64,000 nt of DNA from contig JBJTQJ010000119.1 in the NCBI GenBank assembly GCA_046075565.1, positions 1-64,000 on the forward strand. The letters run 5' to 3'. Of the stretch, positions 29,053 through 38,273 are shown piece after piece (within the stretch, counting starts at the first letter, position 1; every line of letters begins with the position of its first letter). Below the pieces are notes generated by a model, which searched no databases, was not told the DNA's origin, and was given only the letters and a program-made list of their open reading frames with translations. Position numbers and translations under genes: made by a program. The DNA is from Verrucomicrobiales bacterium. GTDB taxonomy: Bacteria; Verrucomicrobiota; Verrucomicrobiia; Verrucomicrobiales; SLCJ01.

Positions 29053-30372
29053 ATGAAAACTACCGACCCAGTTTCAGCCCGGGACGGTCTCCGGAACCCA
29101 TCAGGTGCCCGGCCTCGGACAAATCTTTGCCAATTCCTTCCGCTGGTCGCGTGCCTGCCATTGCTTTCATCGTGTGCGATTCTCGGATTGGGCAAACAAG
29201 TGGAAAGCATGGAGTCGCGCGGGGGCATCACGATCCGGGTAACGCCGCCACCCGATGGCAAGGCGCCGACCTACGCGGTGGCTTGGCGTATGGAAAACAT
29301 GGCGCACAAGGATTCCGCCGGTTTCCAGCAGGTGCGGCCGGACGGAGTTGCCTCTTTCAATCTGCGACTGGACAACGTGTATCGTGTTGGCGCATTCACC
29401 GACGAGAATGGCAACCGCGCCTATGATGCCGGCGAGCCATTGGATTTCTTGAAAGATGTGAAGCCAATCGCCTTGAGCGACCCGACGGTGGAACCAAAGA
29501 TCTGGAACCTGACTCTGAAACGGGAGCACGGTCTGGCCGCCGGCACGGTGATTCAGATCCCCAAGGAAAACAAAGAGCTCGGCGGCAAGACCAACATCGC
29601 ATTGGGAGAAGTAGCTTCGCTGGACGAGAAGAGGTTCGCGGAGGACGCCGGTGGCAGCGGATTGTGGAGGCCGCTGGATTTCCTCAGCGCCAATACCCTG
29701 GGTATCTATTTCACCGAGCCTTACGACCCGAAACGCATCCCCGTTGTTTTCGTCTATGGCATCGGGGGCAGTCCCCAGGATTGGCGATACTTCATGGAGA
29801 ACTTCGATCGGAAGCGCCACCAGCTTTGGTTCTTCCATTACCCCAGCCGCATGAGGCTCAATCGTGTTGCCGGAGTGCTGGCCACCGGATTGAGGGCGCT
29901 CAAAAAACAACACGGGTTCTCCAAATGCCATGTCGTGGCCCACAGCATGGGTGGACTGGTTTCCCGCGCCGCCATCACGGAAGCCGTGGCGGCAGAGGGA
30001 AAAAATTTCATTCCCCATTTCGTCAGCATCTCCACTCCGTGGGGCGGGCACAAGGCCGCCGAGTCGGGTATTCGTCATCTGAAGAAGCCCGTGCCGTCAT
30101 GGCTTGATGTCGCGCCGAACAGCGACTACCTGCTCAAGCTATATGCCACGCCGTTGCCGGAAGGAACAACCCATGATCTGCTCTACGGCTCGATTGAGGG
30201 CGGGCCGTTCTGGATGAAAGAGAAGAACGATGGGGTCGTTACCGTGGAGAGCGAAACCGACCTCCGAATCAAGCGGAGCACTACATCCTTCCAGCATCTA
30301 ATTTACGAACACGTCGAAATTCTCAAGCAGCCCGCCGTGGTCGAACGCGTCGAGCAGTTGCTGGCGAAATGA
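29053..30372 (+). CDS. Alpha/beta hydrolase lipoprotein
   Basis: Lipobox LLSSC; VVFVYGIGG, AHSMGGL nucleophile elbow, STPWGG, DGVV, EH. Confidence 0.82.
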   Translation: MKTTDPVSARDGLRNPSGARPRTNLCQFLPLVACLPLLSSCAILGLGKQVESMESRGGITIRVTPPPDGKAPTYAVAWRMENMAHKDSAGFQQVRPDGVASFNLRLDNVYRVGAFTDENGNRAYDAGEPLDFLKDVKPIALSDPTVEPKIWNLTLKREHGLAAGTVIQIPKENKELGGKTNIALGEVASLDEKRFAEDAGGSGLWRPLDFLSANTLGIYFTEPYDPKRIPVVFVYGIGGSPQDWRYFMENFDRKRHQLWFFHYPSRMRLNRVAGVLATGLRALKKQHGFSKCHVVAHSMGGLVSRAAITEAVAAEGKNFIPHFVSISTPWGGHKAAESGIRHLKKPVPSWLDVAPNSDYLLKLYATPLPEGTTHDLLYGSIEGGPFWMKEKNDGVVTVESETDLRIKRSTTSFQHLIYEHVEILKQPAVVERVEQLLAK

Positions 30373-30438
30373 ATCTTCCTTTGGATCGGCCACGTCTGCG
30401 CCCGGGAACCTCGTTGGCTCAACCAACCACCAAGAAAC

Positions 30439-32037
30439 ATGAAGCGACTCTTCTTCTGCGCTCTTCTCCTGCCGTTCGCGGGTCTTCCGGTCGCCGGGGC
30501 CGCGCCGAAGCCGAATGTGGTCTTCATTCTCGCGGATGATCTGGGGTTTTCCGATCCCGGATGTTACGGTGGTGAAATTGCCACGCCGCAGCTCGATGCG
30601 TTGGCGAAGGAAGGGCTGCGGTTCACGCAGTTCTACAACACGACCCGTTGCTGGCCGACTCGGGCGGCGCTGCTTTCCGGTTACTATGCGCAGCAGGTTG
30701 GCCGCGATAGTTTGCCGGATGTCGCCGGGGGAGCCCGCATGTCGCGGCCACCGTGGGCGCGCCTGTTGCCGGAGTTGCTCAAGCCGGCCGGATACCGCAG
30801 CTACCACAGCGGTAAATGGCATGTCGATGGAAAGGTGCTTGCTTCCGAGTTCGACCGATCGCTCGACGTGAGCACCACCGGCAATTATTTCAGCTCCCGC
30901 GGCTACCTGATCGACGATGCACCGGTAAAACCTCCTGCCGACGAAACCGGCTACTACACGACCATCGGGACCGCCGACCATGCGATTGATTGTCTCAAGG
31001 ACCATGCCGCGAATCACGCGGACAAGCCATTTTTCCAATACATCGCTTATATCGCGCCACATTTCCCCCTGCATGCGCTGCCGGAAGACATCGCGAGGTA
31101 TCGCGACAAGTATCTCGATGGCTGGGATGTGATGCGCGCGGCGCGTCATACGAGGCAAAAGGAAATGGGTATCACGACGACGACCCTCTCACCATTGGAG
31201 CGGGAAGTGGGGCCGCCTTATGATTTTCCCGACGCGATCAAAAAACTCGGGCCCGGGGAGGTGAACCGCCCGCTGCCATGGGGCGAACTTACGGAACAGC
31301 AACGACAATTCCAGGCCACGAAAATGGCCATCCACGCGGCGATGGTGGATCGCATGGATCGGGAGATCGGACGGATCATCGCGCAACTCAAGGCGATGGG
31401 CGCATACGACAACACGCTCTTCTTTTTTGCATCCGATAACGGGGCCAGCGCCGAGATCATGATACGCGATGGCGGCCATGATCCAGACGCTCCGCCGGGC
31501 AGCGCCGCCACCTATCTTTGTCTCGGCCCGGGATTTTCCAGTGCCTGCAACACCCCGCACCGCCGGCACAAATCATGGGTGCATGAGGGCGGCATCTCGA
31601 CATCCCTCATTGTCCATTGGCCGGTCGGCTTCCAAGCGAAGAATGAACTCCGCCACACTCCGGCTCACGTGATCGACATTGTGCCGACCGTGCTCGAACT
31701 GGCCGGATTGGAGGTGCCGAAGGAATGGATGGGCGAGAAGCTACCGCCGGCGCCGGGGCGTAGTCTCGTGCCCGCTTTTGCCAAGGATGAAACCATCGGG
31801 CGCGAAAGCCTATGGTGGTATCACGAGGGCCATCGGGCGGTGCGTGTGGGCGACTGGAAGCTTGTCGCCGCCAAAGGTGATCCGTGGGAACTCTACGATA
31901 TGAAAACCGACCGGGCCGAGCAGCACAATCTCGCCGCGCAAATGCCTGAAAAGGTCGAGGAACTGGAGAAGACCTGGCAGCGCCAAACCGACAGTTTCAC
32001 GGAATTGGCCCGCAAGGGTGCCAAGAAACCCAAATGA
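30439..32037 (+). CDS. Arylsulfatase (formylglycine type)
   Basis: Signal peptide; NVVFILADDLG, CWPTR (CxPxR), GKWH, APHFP, SDNG. Confidence 0.93.
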   Translation: MKRLFFCALLLPFAGLPVAGAAPKPNVVFILADDLGFSDPGCYGGEIATPQLDALAKEGLRFTQFYNTTRCWPTRAALLSGYYAQQVGRDSLPDVAGGARMSRPPWARLLPELLKPAGYRSYHSGKWHVDGKVLASEFDRSLDVSTTGNYFSSRGYLIDDAPVKPPADETGYYTTIGTADHAIDCLKDHAANHADKPFFQYIAYIAPHFPLHALPEDIARYRDKYLDGWDVMRAARHTRQKEMGITTTTLSPLEREVGPPYDFPDAIKKLGPGEVNRPLPWGELTEQQRQFQATKMAIHAAMVDRMDREIGRIIAQLKAMGAYDNTLFFFASDNGASAEIMIRDGGHDPDAPPGSAATYLCLGPGFSSACNTPHRRHKSWVHEGGISTSLIVHWPVGFQAKNELRHTPAHVIDIVPTVLELAGLEVPKEWMGEKLPPAPGRSLVPAFAKDETIGRESLWWYHEGHRAVRVGDWKLVAAKGDPWELYDMKTDRAEQHNLAAQMPEKVEELEKTWQRQTDSFTELARKGAKKPK

Positions 32038-32064
32038 GCGTCACCCGGAACGACCGAAAGCGGC

Positions 32065-32541
32065 TCAATACAGCAGACCGAAGAGTTGCTCGTCGGTGAG
32101 GGTGGTCGGGTCGTCCACGCTGGCCAGTTCGATGGCGGCAGCGTCGAGATTGGGGTCTTCGGCGTCGTCGGGCATGAGGAGCAGGGCGGCCTCGATGCGG
32201 GCCAGACTGGCGAGGTCGTTGCTCTCCGTGGTCTGAACGGCGGCGACAGCCACCGGATCGACCGGATCGGGCAACAGGAGATTGGAGCCCACCGAGAGCA
32301 GGAGCGCGGCGGCGGCGGCCAAGGGCAGACCGAGGCGGGCGGCGGCCAGCCAGCGCGACGGGCGCCCGTCTTGCGGGGTGCGCGCGGCGAGTGCTCCCAT
32401 TCGGGCCGCAAACCCATGGGGAACCGGGGTCGGCGTGGCGCGGCCAAGCAACTCCCACGCCCGCCGGATTCCGGCGGATTCAAGGGATGGCCCGGAGGCA
32501 TCGGCCCCCGTGGACGGGCTGTTGTCGGCGTCTGAGTTCAT
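32065..32541 (-). CDS. Single-pass membrane protein, anti-sigma-like architecture
   Basis: Short N-terminal cytoplasmic part (AWELLGRA..P..FAAR), one TM, acidic C-terminus; start MNSDAD at 32541. Confidence 0.6.
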   Translation of the reverse strand: MNSDADNSPSTGADASGPSLESAGIRRAWELLGRATPTPVPHGFAARMGALAARTPQDGRPSRWLAAARLGLPLAAAAALLLSVGSNLLLPDPVDPVAVAAVQTTESNDLASLARIEAALLLMPDDAEDPNLDAAAIELASVDDPTTLTDEQLFGLLY

Positions 32542-32590
32542 GGATTCACGGGATGAAACCCGGCCCTTGGGCCCGGGTTGCACGGGATTT

Positions 32591-34306
32591 TCAAGGAACA
32601 TTCGATTCGAGGAATCCGGTGAGGTGGCGCATCCGGGTGGGGTGGCGCATTTTCCGGAGTGCCTTGGCTTCGATCTGGCGGATCCGCTCGCGGGTGACGT
32701 TGAATTGGCGGCCGACCTCCTCAAGCGTCCGGCTGTAGCCATCCCTGAGCCCGAAGCGTTGTTCGAGCACATCCCGCTCGCGGCCGTTGAGGGTATCGAG
32801 CACGTCACGGAGTCGGTCCTTGAGCAGGGCGGCGGAGGTGGTCTCGAGGGGATTTTCGGCCCCTTTGTCCTCGATGAATTCGCCGAATTGGGTTTCACCT
32901 TCGCCTTCGGTGATCGGTGATTGCAGTGAGATGGGCTGCTGGGCCATCTTGAGCACGGCGTTGACCCGTTCGACGGGCAGGTGGAGTTCTTCCGCGATTT
33001 CATCGGCGGTCGGCTCGCGCCCGTATTCCTGCACGAGTTGTTTCTGCACCCGCATGAGTTTGTTGATCGTCTCGATCATGTGCACGGGAATGCGGATGGT
33101 GCGGGCTTGGTCGGCGATCGAACGCGTGATGGCCTGGCGGATCCACCAGGTGGCGTAGGTTGAGAACTTGTATCCGCGGCGGTATTCGAATTTTTCCACC
33201 GCTTTCATCAGGCCCATGTTGCCTTCCTGAATGAGATCGAGGAAAGAAAGCCCGCGGTTCGTGTATTTCTTGGCGATGGAAATGACCAACCGGAGGTTGG
33301 ATTCGACCATCGATGCCTTGGCGGCCATCCCGTCGGCGAGACCGGAGCGGAGGCGGGCGTGGATTTCGCGGAACTGCAGCGGATGACACCATGTGCGGCG
33401 GCGGAAAAGATTCGTCCGCGCCTCGTCGTTGCCAACCCAGTTGATTTCGTTGAGATGGCTGTCGGCGAGGATCACGAATTCCTCGACGATGCGGTGCTTG
33501 AAAGAAAACTTCCCGTAGAGTTTGTGCAAAGTATCGACCGCGGTGTCGAACTTGCGGCGGACGGCGGTTTCGCGCTTGCCGCCGCAAAGAAGGAGCTTTT
33601 CGTGCAGCACCTCGGCATCGGCGCGGGAGGCGCGCACTTGTTCGCAGAGCTTCGGCAAGGTGCCGAGATAGCGCATGCGATTGTCGATCTTCTTGTCCTG
33701 CACGACCCGGTCGATGCGTTCCTGACCGTTCTCGATTTTTTCGGCCATGACGAGGTAGGCATCGGCGATGAAGGCGAGGCGATGGAGGTTTTCGCGCACG
33801 AGGTTTTCCGCTTTCTCGATACGCTTGGAAATCTCGACTTCCTGCTCCCGGGTGAGCAATGGGACCTGCCCCATCTGCTTGAGATACATTCGCACCGGGT
33901 CATCCAGGGAGTCCATGCGGTGATCGCCACCGGCTCGCTCGAACTGGACTTCGGCCTCGGCTTCGCTCTCCTCCTCCCCCTGGTTGATGCGTTTCGGTTG
34001 GGCTTTCTGATCCTCGACCTCGGCGTTGGCGACGATGTTGAATTCCATGCCGCGAAGGCGTTCGAGAACCTGGTCGAGCAGATCGGGGTCGATGATGTCG
34101 GCGGGCAGGACATCGTTGATGTCATCGAAGGTGAGGCAACCCTGTTCGCGGTGCAGGCGCACGAGTTCGCGCAGGCGTTCCTGCACTTCCGGGGACTCCA
34201 TCGAAAGATCATCTGGTTCGGGGGCGGCGACCCTCGGTTTGCGCGGCCGTCCGCGCGCGGGCTTGCCGGTGGGAGTCTCGCTATTGCCGGTTCTCTGCTT
34301 TGCCAT
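32591..34306 (-). CDS. rpoD: RNA polymerase sigma factor RpoD
   Basis: Region 1.1, [42 protein letters not shown]. Confidence 0.97.
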   Translation of the reverse strand: MAKQRTGNSETPTGKPARGRPRKPRVAAPEPDDLSMESPEVQERLRELVRLHREQGCLTFDDINDVLPADIIDPDLLDQVLERLRGMEFNIVANAEVEDQKAQPKRINQGEEESEAEAEVQFERAGGDHRMDSLDDPVRMYLKQMGQVPLLTREQEVEISKRIEKAENLVRENLHRLAFIADAYLVMAEKIENGQERIDRVVQDKKIDNRMRYLGTLPKLCEQVRASRADAEVLHEKLLLCGGKRETAVRRKFDTAVDTLHKLYGKFSFKHRIVEEFVILADSHLNEINWVGNDEARTNLFRRRTWCHPLQFREIHARLRSGLADGMAAKASMVESNLRLVISIAKKYTNRGLSFLDLIQEGNMGLMKAVEKFEYRRGYKFSTYATWWIRQAITRSIADQARTIRIPVHMIETINKLMRVQKQLVQEYGREPTADEIAEELHLPVERVNAVLKMAQQPISLQSPITEGEGETQFGEFIEDKGAENPLETTSAALLKDRLRDVLDTLNGRERDVLEQRFGLRDGYSRTLEEVGRQFNVTRERIRQIEAKALRKMRHPTRMRHLTGFLESNVP

Positions 34307-34339
34307 GGTTGCGATTCGCGGTTGTGGAATAATTTACGT

Positions 34340-36244
34340 TCAGAAAGGATCTTCGGTCTCTTCGATCGGCCCGGGTTCCACCGGCGGTCCGTCATCGCAA
34401 TCGGATGCGGGGAGCGTGGCATCATGTTGCACGCCCCCGCGGCGGTCAAGGACTTGTTGCTGCAATTGGGCCTGGATTTCGAGGATTTGCCGGATATCGA
34501 GCGTGGGATCCATCTGGCTGGCCGCGCGGAGCTGGCGTTTTTTATCCCGGGCCGCGAACTTCGCCAGGCTGGCCAAGCAGAGGCGAGCGGCCTGGACGCC
34601 ATCCTTGGGCAGGGGTTGGGAGAGGATGGCCTGGAGCTGTGTCTCCTCGGCGGTCGGTCGGGTGGCGAGGAAAGTGTTGATGGTGGCGGGATCTTTCAAG
34701 TCGAGCTGGGCCTCAAGGGAGGCCCGCAGCAACCCGCCGGTGGCGTGCTCGCGCGCGGGCGCACCTTCGGGACCGGCCAGCAATATACGGGTCTTTTCAT
34801 CGGTGAGGGCGAGTTGGACGAGCATGTGCATGGCCTTCAACTCCGGGGTCATCTCGATGGGCGGCGGGGGTGCAACGGTTGGGGTGGAACTCATTTCCCC
34901 ATCACGCGATTGTTCTTGGGAAAGGCGGCCGAGTTCCCGGCGCACCTCCCGGCGGAAAAGGTCGGCTTCGAGGTTGAGGCGGACCGCGGCCTGGCGGAGT
35001 ACACCTTCGCGGGCGATCGGGTCGGAGAATCGCGCCACCACGGCGGCGGCTTCGCGCGCCACCGCCGTGCGCGAGGCCAGATCGCCCGACACGAGCGTTT
35101 CTTTCCGCCGGGCGAAGAAAAAGTCCACGTAAGGGGTGGCGGCGTCGAGACGGGCGCGGAGGGCATCAGCTCCCTCTTTGCGGAGCAACGAGTCGGGGTC
35201 CTCGCCCGGAGGGAGTTCGGCGACTTTGACCGTAAGTCCTGCCGGGGCGAGTTCGGCGAAAGCGCGGTCAGCGGCCTTGAGTCCGGCGGCGTCCGCGTCG
35301 TAACAAAGTGTCGCCACCTCGGTATGGCGTTTGAGCAAACGGGCATGATCGCGCGTGAGCGCGGTGCCTAGCGGCGCGACGGCATGGGTGAATCCGGCCG
35401 CCGCGAGAGCGATAAGATCCATCTGGCCCTCGCAGATGATGGCGGTTCCGGCTTTGAGGATCGGTCGTTTGGCGCGATGGAGACCGTAAAGGGTCGCGCC
35501 TTTGTGGAAAACCGATGTCTCGGGGGAGTTGACGTATTTGGCGAGTTTGCTGGCGGGATCGAGGATACGACCCGAAAAAGCGATCACGTCCCCGTAGTCG
35601 TTGTGGATCGGGAACATGAGCCGATGGCGGAATCTCGGATAAAGCCCCGCCTTCGGGTTTTCCTCATCCTTGGGCGCGGCCAACCCGCAGTCCACGAGGT
35701 CGCGACCCGTGAATTTCTTTTCTTTTGCCCACGCGGCAAGCGGAGCGAGGTCGGCGGGCGCGTAACCGAGTTGCCAATCAACCGCCGTCTCGCGGTTGAA
35801 TCCCCGGCTTTTCAAATAGTCGCGCGCCATTGCCGCATCCGGACTTTTCAATAGCTGGTCGTGATACCAGCGGGCCGCCTCCGCCAGCACGCTGAGCAAT
35901 TTTCCCCGGCGGCGGCGCTGGCGTTCGGCTTCCGGATCCGGCGCTTCCTCTTCCGGCAAAAGGACGCCCGCCCGGTCGGCGAGTTTTTTCAACGCACTGC
36001 GGAAGTCCACATTTTCGTATTCCATGACAAACCGCACGGCGGTACCCCCGGCCCCGCAACCGAAGCAATAATAGGTTTGTTTGTTCGGAATGACGTAGAA
36101 CGACGGCGTCTTCTCGTGGTGGAACGGGCAATTCGCCCGGTAGTCCTTCCCGGCGCGTTTGAGTGGAAAATACGAACCGATCAACTCCGCGATGTTGGTC
36201 GCGTTGAGCACCTTCTGGATGGTCTCGTCGGAGTAGCGGTTCAT
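34340..36244 (-). CDS. dnaG: DNA primase
   Basis: CPFHHEKTPSF..CFGC Zn finger, KYVNSPET, EGQMD, YDADAAG, DPD. Confidence 0.97.
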   Translation of the reverse strand: MNRYSDETIQKVLNATNIAELIGSYFPLKRAGKDYRANCPFHHEKTPSFYVIPNKQTYYCFGCGAGGTAVRFVMEYENVDFRSALKKLADRAGVLLPEEEAPDPEAERQRRRRGKLLSVLAEAARWYHDQLLKSPDAAMARDYLKSRGFNRETAVDWQLGYAPADLAPLAAWAKEKKFTGRDLVDCGLAAPKDEENPKAGLYPRFRHRLMFPIHNDYGDVIAFSGRILDPASKLAKYVNSPETSVFHKGATLYGLHRAKRPILKAGTAIICEGQMDLIALAAAGFTHAVAPLGTALTRDHARLLKRHTEVATLCYDADAAGLKAADRAFAELAPAGLTVKVAELPPGEDPDSLLRKEGADALRARLDAATPYVDFFFARRKETLVSGDLASRTAVAREAAAVVARFSDPIAREGVLRQAAVRLNLEADLFRREVRRELGRLSQEQSRDGEMSSTPTVAPPPPIEMTPELKAMHMLVQLALTDEKTRILLAGPEGAPAREHATGGLLRASLEAQLDLKDPATINTFLATRPTAEETQLQAILSQPLPKDGVQAARLCLASLAKFAARDKKRQLRAASQMDPTLDIRQILEIQAQLQQQVLDRRGGVQHDATLPASDCDDGPPVEPGPIEETEDPF

Positions 36245-36258
36245 GAAAATCAGGAGGC

Positions 36259-36459
36259 TCAGCCGCCGGCGGCCAGTTCGATGATTTCGATTTCGTCGCC
36301 CTCTTTCACCGCAGCATCGGCAAACTCGCGGGGGAAAAGGGCATGACGGTTCAACTCGACCAGCACCGGGCGCTCGCCGAAGCCAAGCTCGGCCAGCAAA
36401 CCGGCCACCGTGCTGGCAGTGGGCACTTCGGTGGATTTTCCATTCAGGGTCAGTCGCAT
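36259..36459 (-). CDS. thiS: Sulfur carrier protein ThiS
   Basis: 66 aa; LNG, VELN, EGDEIEII, C-terminal GG. Confidence 0.85.
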   Translation of the reverse strand: MRLTLNGKSTEVPTASTVAGLLAELGFGERPVLVELNRHALFPREFADAAVKEGDEIEIIELAAGG

Positions 36460-36663
36460 GGTATCCGCACCGATAGGCCCGATCCGCCTCCGGGGCAAGT
36501 GTGACGGAAAATCGAACCGGTCAGCGGGCTGCTACCGGGGAAACACCCGGCATTTTGACTTCGCTCGGGGGAGGCAAAAAAAGCTCCTCCATTTGGGGGA
36601 ACGCAGCCTGGCCGTTCGAAAATCCAGTTTGTCATCACTAGGAAAAACTGCTAGGCTCTCAAT

Positions 36664-36864
36664 ATGAGCACTTTGGTCGAGATTGAATCTGCCGCTGCGG
36701 CTCTTTCCGCGGGCGAGAAAGCGGAGCTTCTGCTCTTTGTCGCGCAGCAATTGCGGGCCGAGCAAGCTCCGCTACCTGAACCGCGCCTGTTCACGGAGGA
36801 CCATCTGAAAGCTTGGATGGATGAGGACGAGGACGACATGCGGCGTTTTCAAAACAATCCATGA
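36664..36864 (+). CDS. Putative antitoxin (small acidic protein)
   Basis: MSTLVEIESAAAALS..EKAELL; ATGA overlap with the PIN gene. Confidence 0.65.
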   Translation: MSTLVEIESAAAALSAGEKAELLLFVAQQLRAEQAPLPEPRLFTEDHLKAWMDEDEDDMRRFQNNP

Positions 36865-37282
36865 GGTTGTTTCTCGACAGCAGCGTGGTGCTGGCGGCCT
36901 GCGGGCGAGTCGCCGGTGCATCACACGCCATCTTCGAGATGGCATCCTCTCAAGACTGGCAATTGCTCACCTGCGACTATGTCTTGCGGGAAGTGGAACG
37001 GAACTTGAGCGAACGGCTGCCGGAAACTGCACGACAAGAATGGTGCCAACTGCGCCCAGCGCTCTCATTGGTTGAGAATGAACTGACGCACCCATGGCCC
37101 GTGGTTTTCCCGGCGGCGAGGACCGTCCCGTTTTGTTCAAAGCAGCTGCCACAGCGGATGTGCTCCTTACACTAGACCGAGCGGATTTCGGAGTCTTGTT
37201 CTCGACAGACTTCTATGGGCTTCCAGTCATGAAGCCGGGAGATTTCCTTTGGCGAGAGAGGTCCCAGGGGCGGCTGCCGTGA
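36861..37282 (+). pseudogene. PIN-domain (VapC-like) toxin with a 1-nt frameshift
   Basis: MRLFLDSSV...EVERN in one frame; DRPVL...DVLLTLDRADF...VMKPGDFL in the -1 frame from 37121. Confidence 0.75.
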
Positions 37283-37304
37283 AATGCCGCATGAACCACT
37301 GGAC

Positions 37305-38024
37305 CTATCCCGGTTTGTTACGTCGAGAGTGCCTTGCTCCTTGCTTGTTGGGGGTGGCAAGCGGGTTCAATCCAATCCAAAGATCCCGGTAAAATTCCGC
37401 TTTTTCATGATAGCGGGCGGCTTTGGCAGAGCAGCGGGCAAGGGTTTCCGCTCTCACGACTGCCGCTACCACCTCCCGTGACCATGGACCACCGAAGACC
37501 GGAATCAGGAATTTGGCCAAAGCCCGGGGCTTGGCATACGCACCTGGAATTCGGGATTGAAAACGAGAGGTCGTAATCCAGCCGACCAGCCATAAAAGGC
37601 CAGCAAAGGTGCCCGCCGCCATCCATCCCAAATGCCCGAGCAACAAAAAGAATGACCCCATGCTGACCAGCCATAAAAGAGCAATCAACCAGGCTGGTCG
37701 ACGCAATGGTAGCCACAGTGAAACGCCGGTGCGGGTGTGGAGGGCAGACCAGAAGTTCCTCTCCTTTTCAGGTGCGAACTTCCTGAGATCCGTGTCCAGG
37801 CCCACCGCGGCGCGAGGCGCCCCCGCCTCTTTCATGACGGCTCTCCGCAAAAGGTAAAACGCGTGCTGGCTGGGGCAGATCCGCTTTTTCCTCGCCCCGA
37901 CTTTGGCGAGGGCGAGGTTGATGAGCTGCCCGGGGCATTGGCAGCCTTCCGCTTCAGCATCGGAAAGTTCAATGCCGAAATTATTTTCAATCGCCAGGAT
38001 CAGTTCGACGCCTGCTAGCCCCAT
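37305..38024 (-). CDS. ACP-like N-terminal domain fused to a 2-TM membrane region
   Basis: MGLAGVELILAIENNFGIELSDAEAE resembles ACP helix II; two hydrophobic segments downstream. Confidence 0.65.
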   Translation of the reverse strand: MGLAGVELILAIENNFGIELSDAEAEGCQCPGQLINLALAKVGARKKRICPSQHAFYLLRRAVMKEAGAPRAAVGLDTDLRKFAPEKERNFWSALHTRTGVSLWLPLRRPAWLIALLWLVSMGSFFLLLGHLGWMAAGTFAGLLWLVGWITTSRFQSRIPGAYAKPRALAKFLIPVFGGPWSREVVAAVVRAETLARCSAKAARYHEKAEFYRDLWIGLNPLATPNKQGARHSRRNKPG

Positions 38025-38273
38025 GGGTGGGAGGCTATGCCTGCCAGCCCGAGGTGGCAAGCGGGTTCGCTTGCGTTTCCCGAAGTCCCGCCCGGGGTAA
38101 TGAATCCGGACAAAAGGACTTCGATGCGGAATACCGGCCCCACCACGAAAAAGCCTTCGAATCGCAAGATTTCCCCAAGCTTCGCCCCATTTTCCCGGTG
38201 CTTGCCATGGGCAGCCGGGAGACGTAGAGTATCCGGCCGCTCCCCCTGCCTCCCCCGGCGGGGAAGCCCAATC

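Noticed and set aside
33359-35371. 670-aa + strand ORF opposite rpoD/dnaG
   Set aside because: Antisense shadow of conserved genes in high-GC DNA with no recognisable motifs. The same applies to other long antisense ORFs such as 58632-60047, 48650-50023, 39096-40463 and 55791-57098.
36460-36660. TPP riboswitch upstream of thiS
   Set aside because: No CTGAGA or CCTGA...GCGnAGGGA core on the minus strand.
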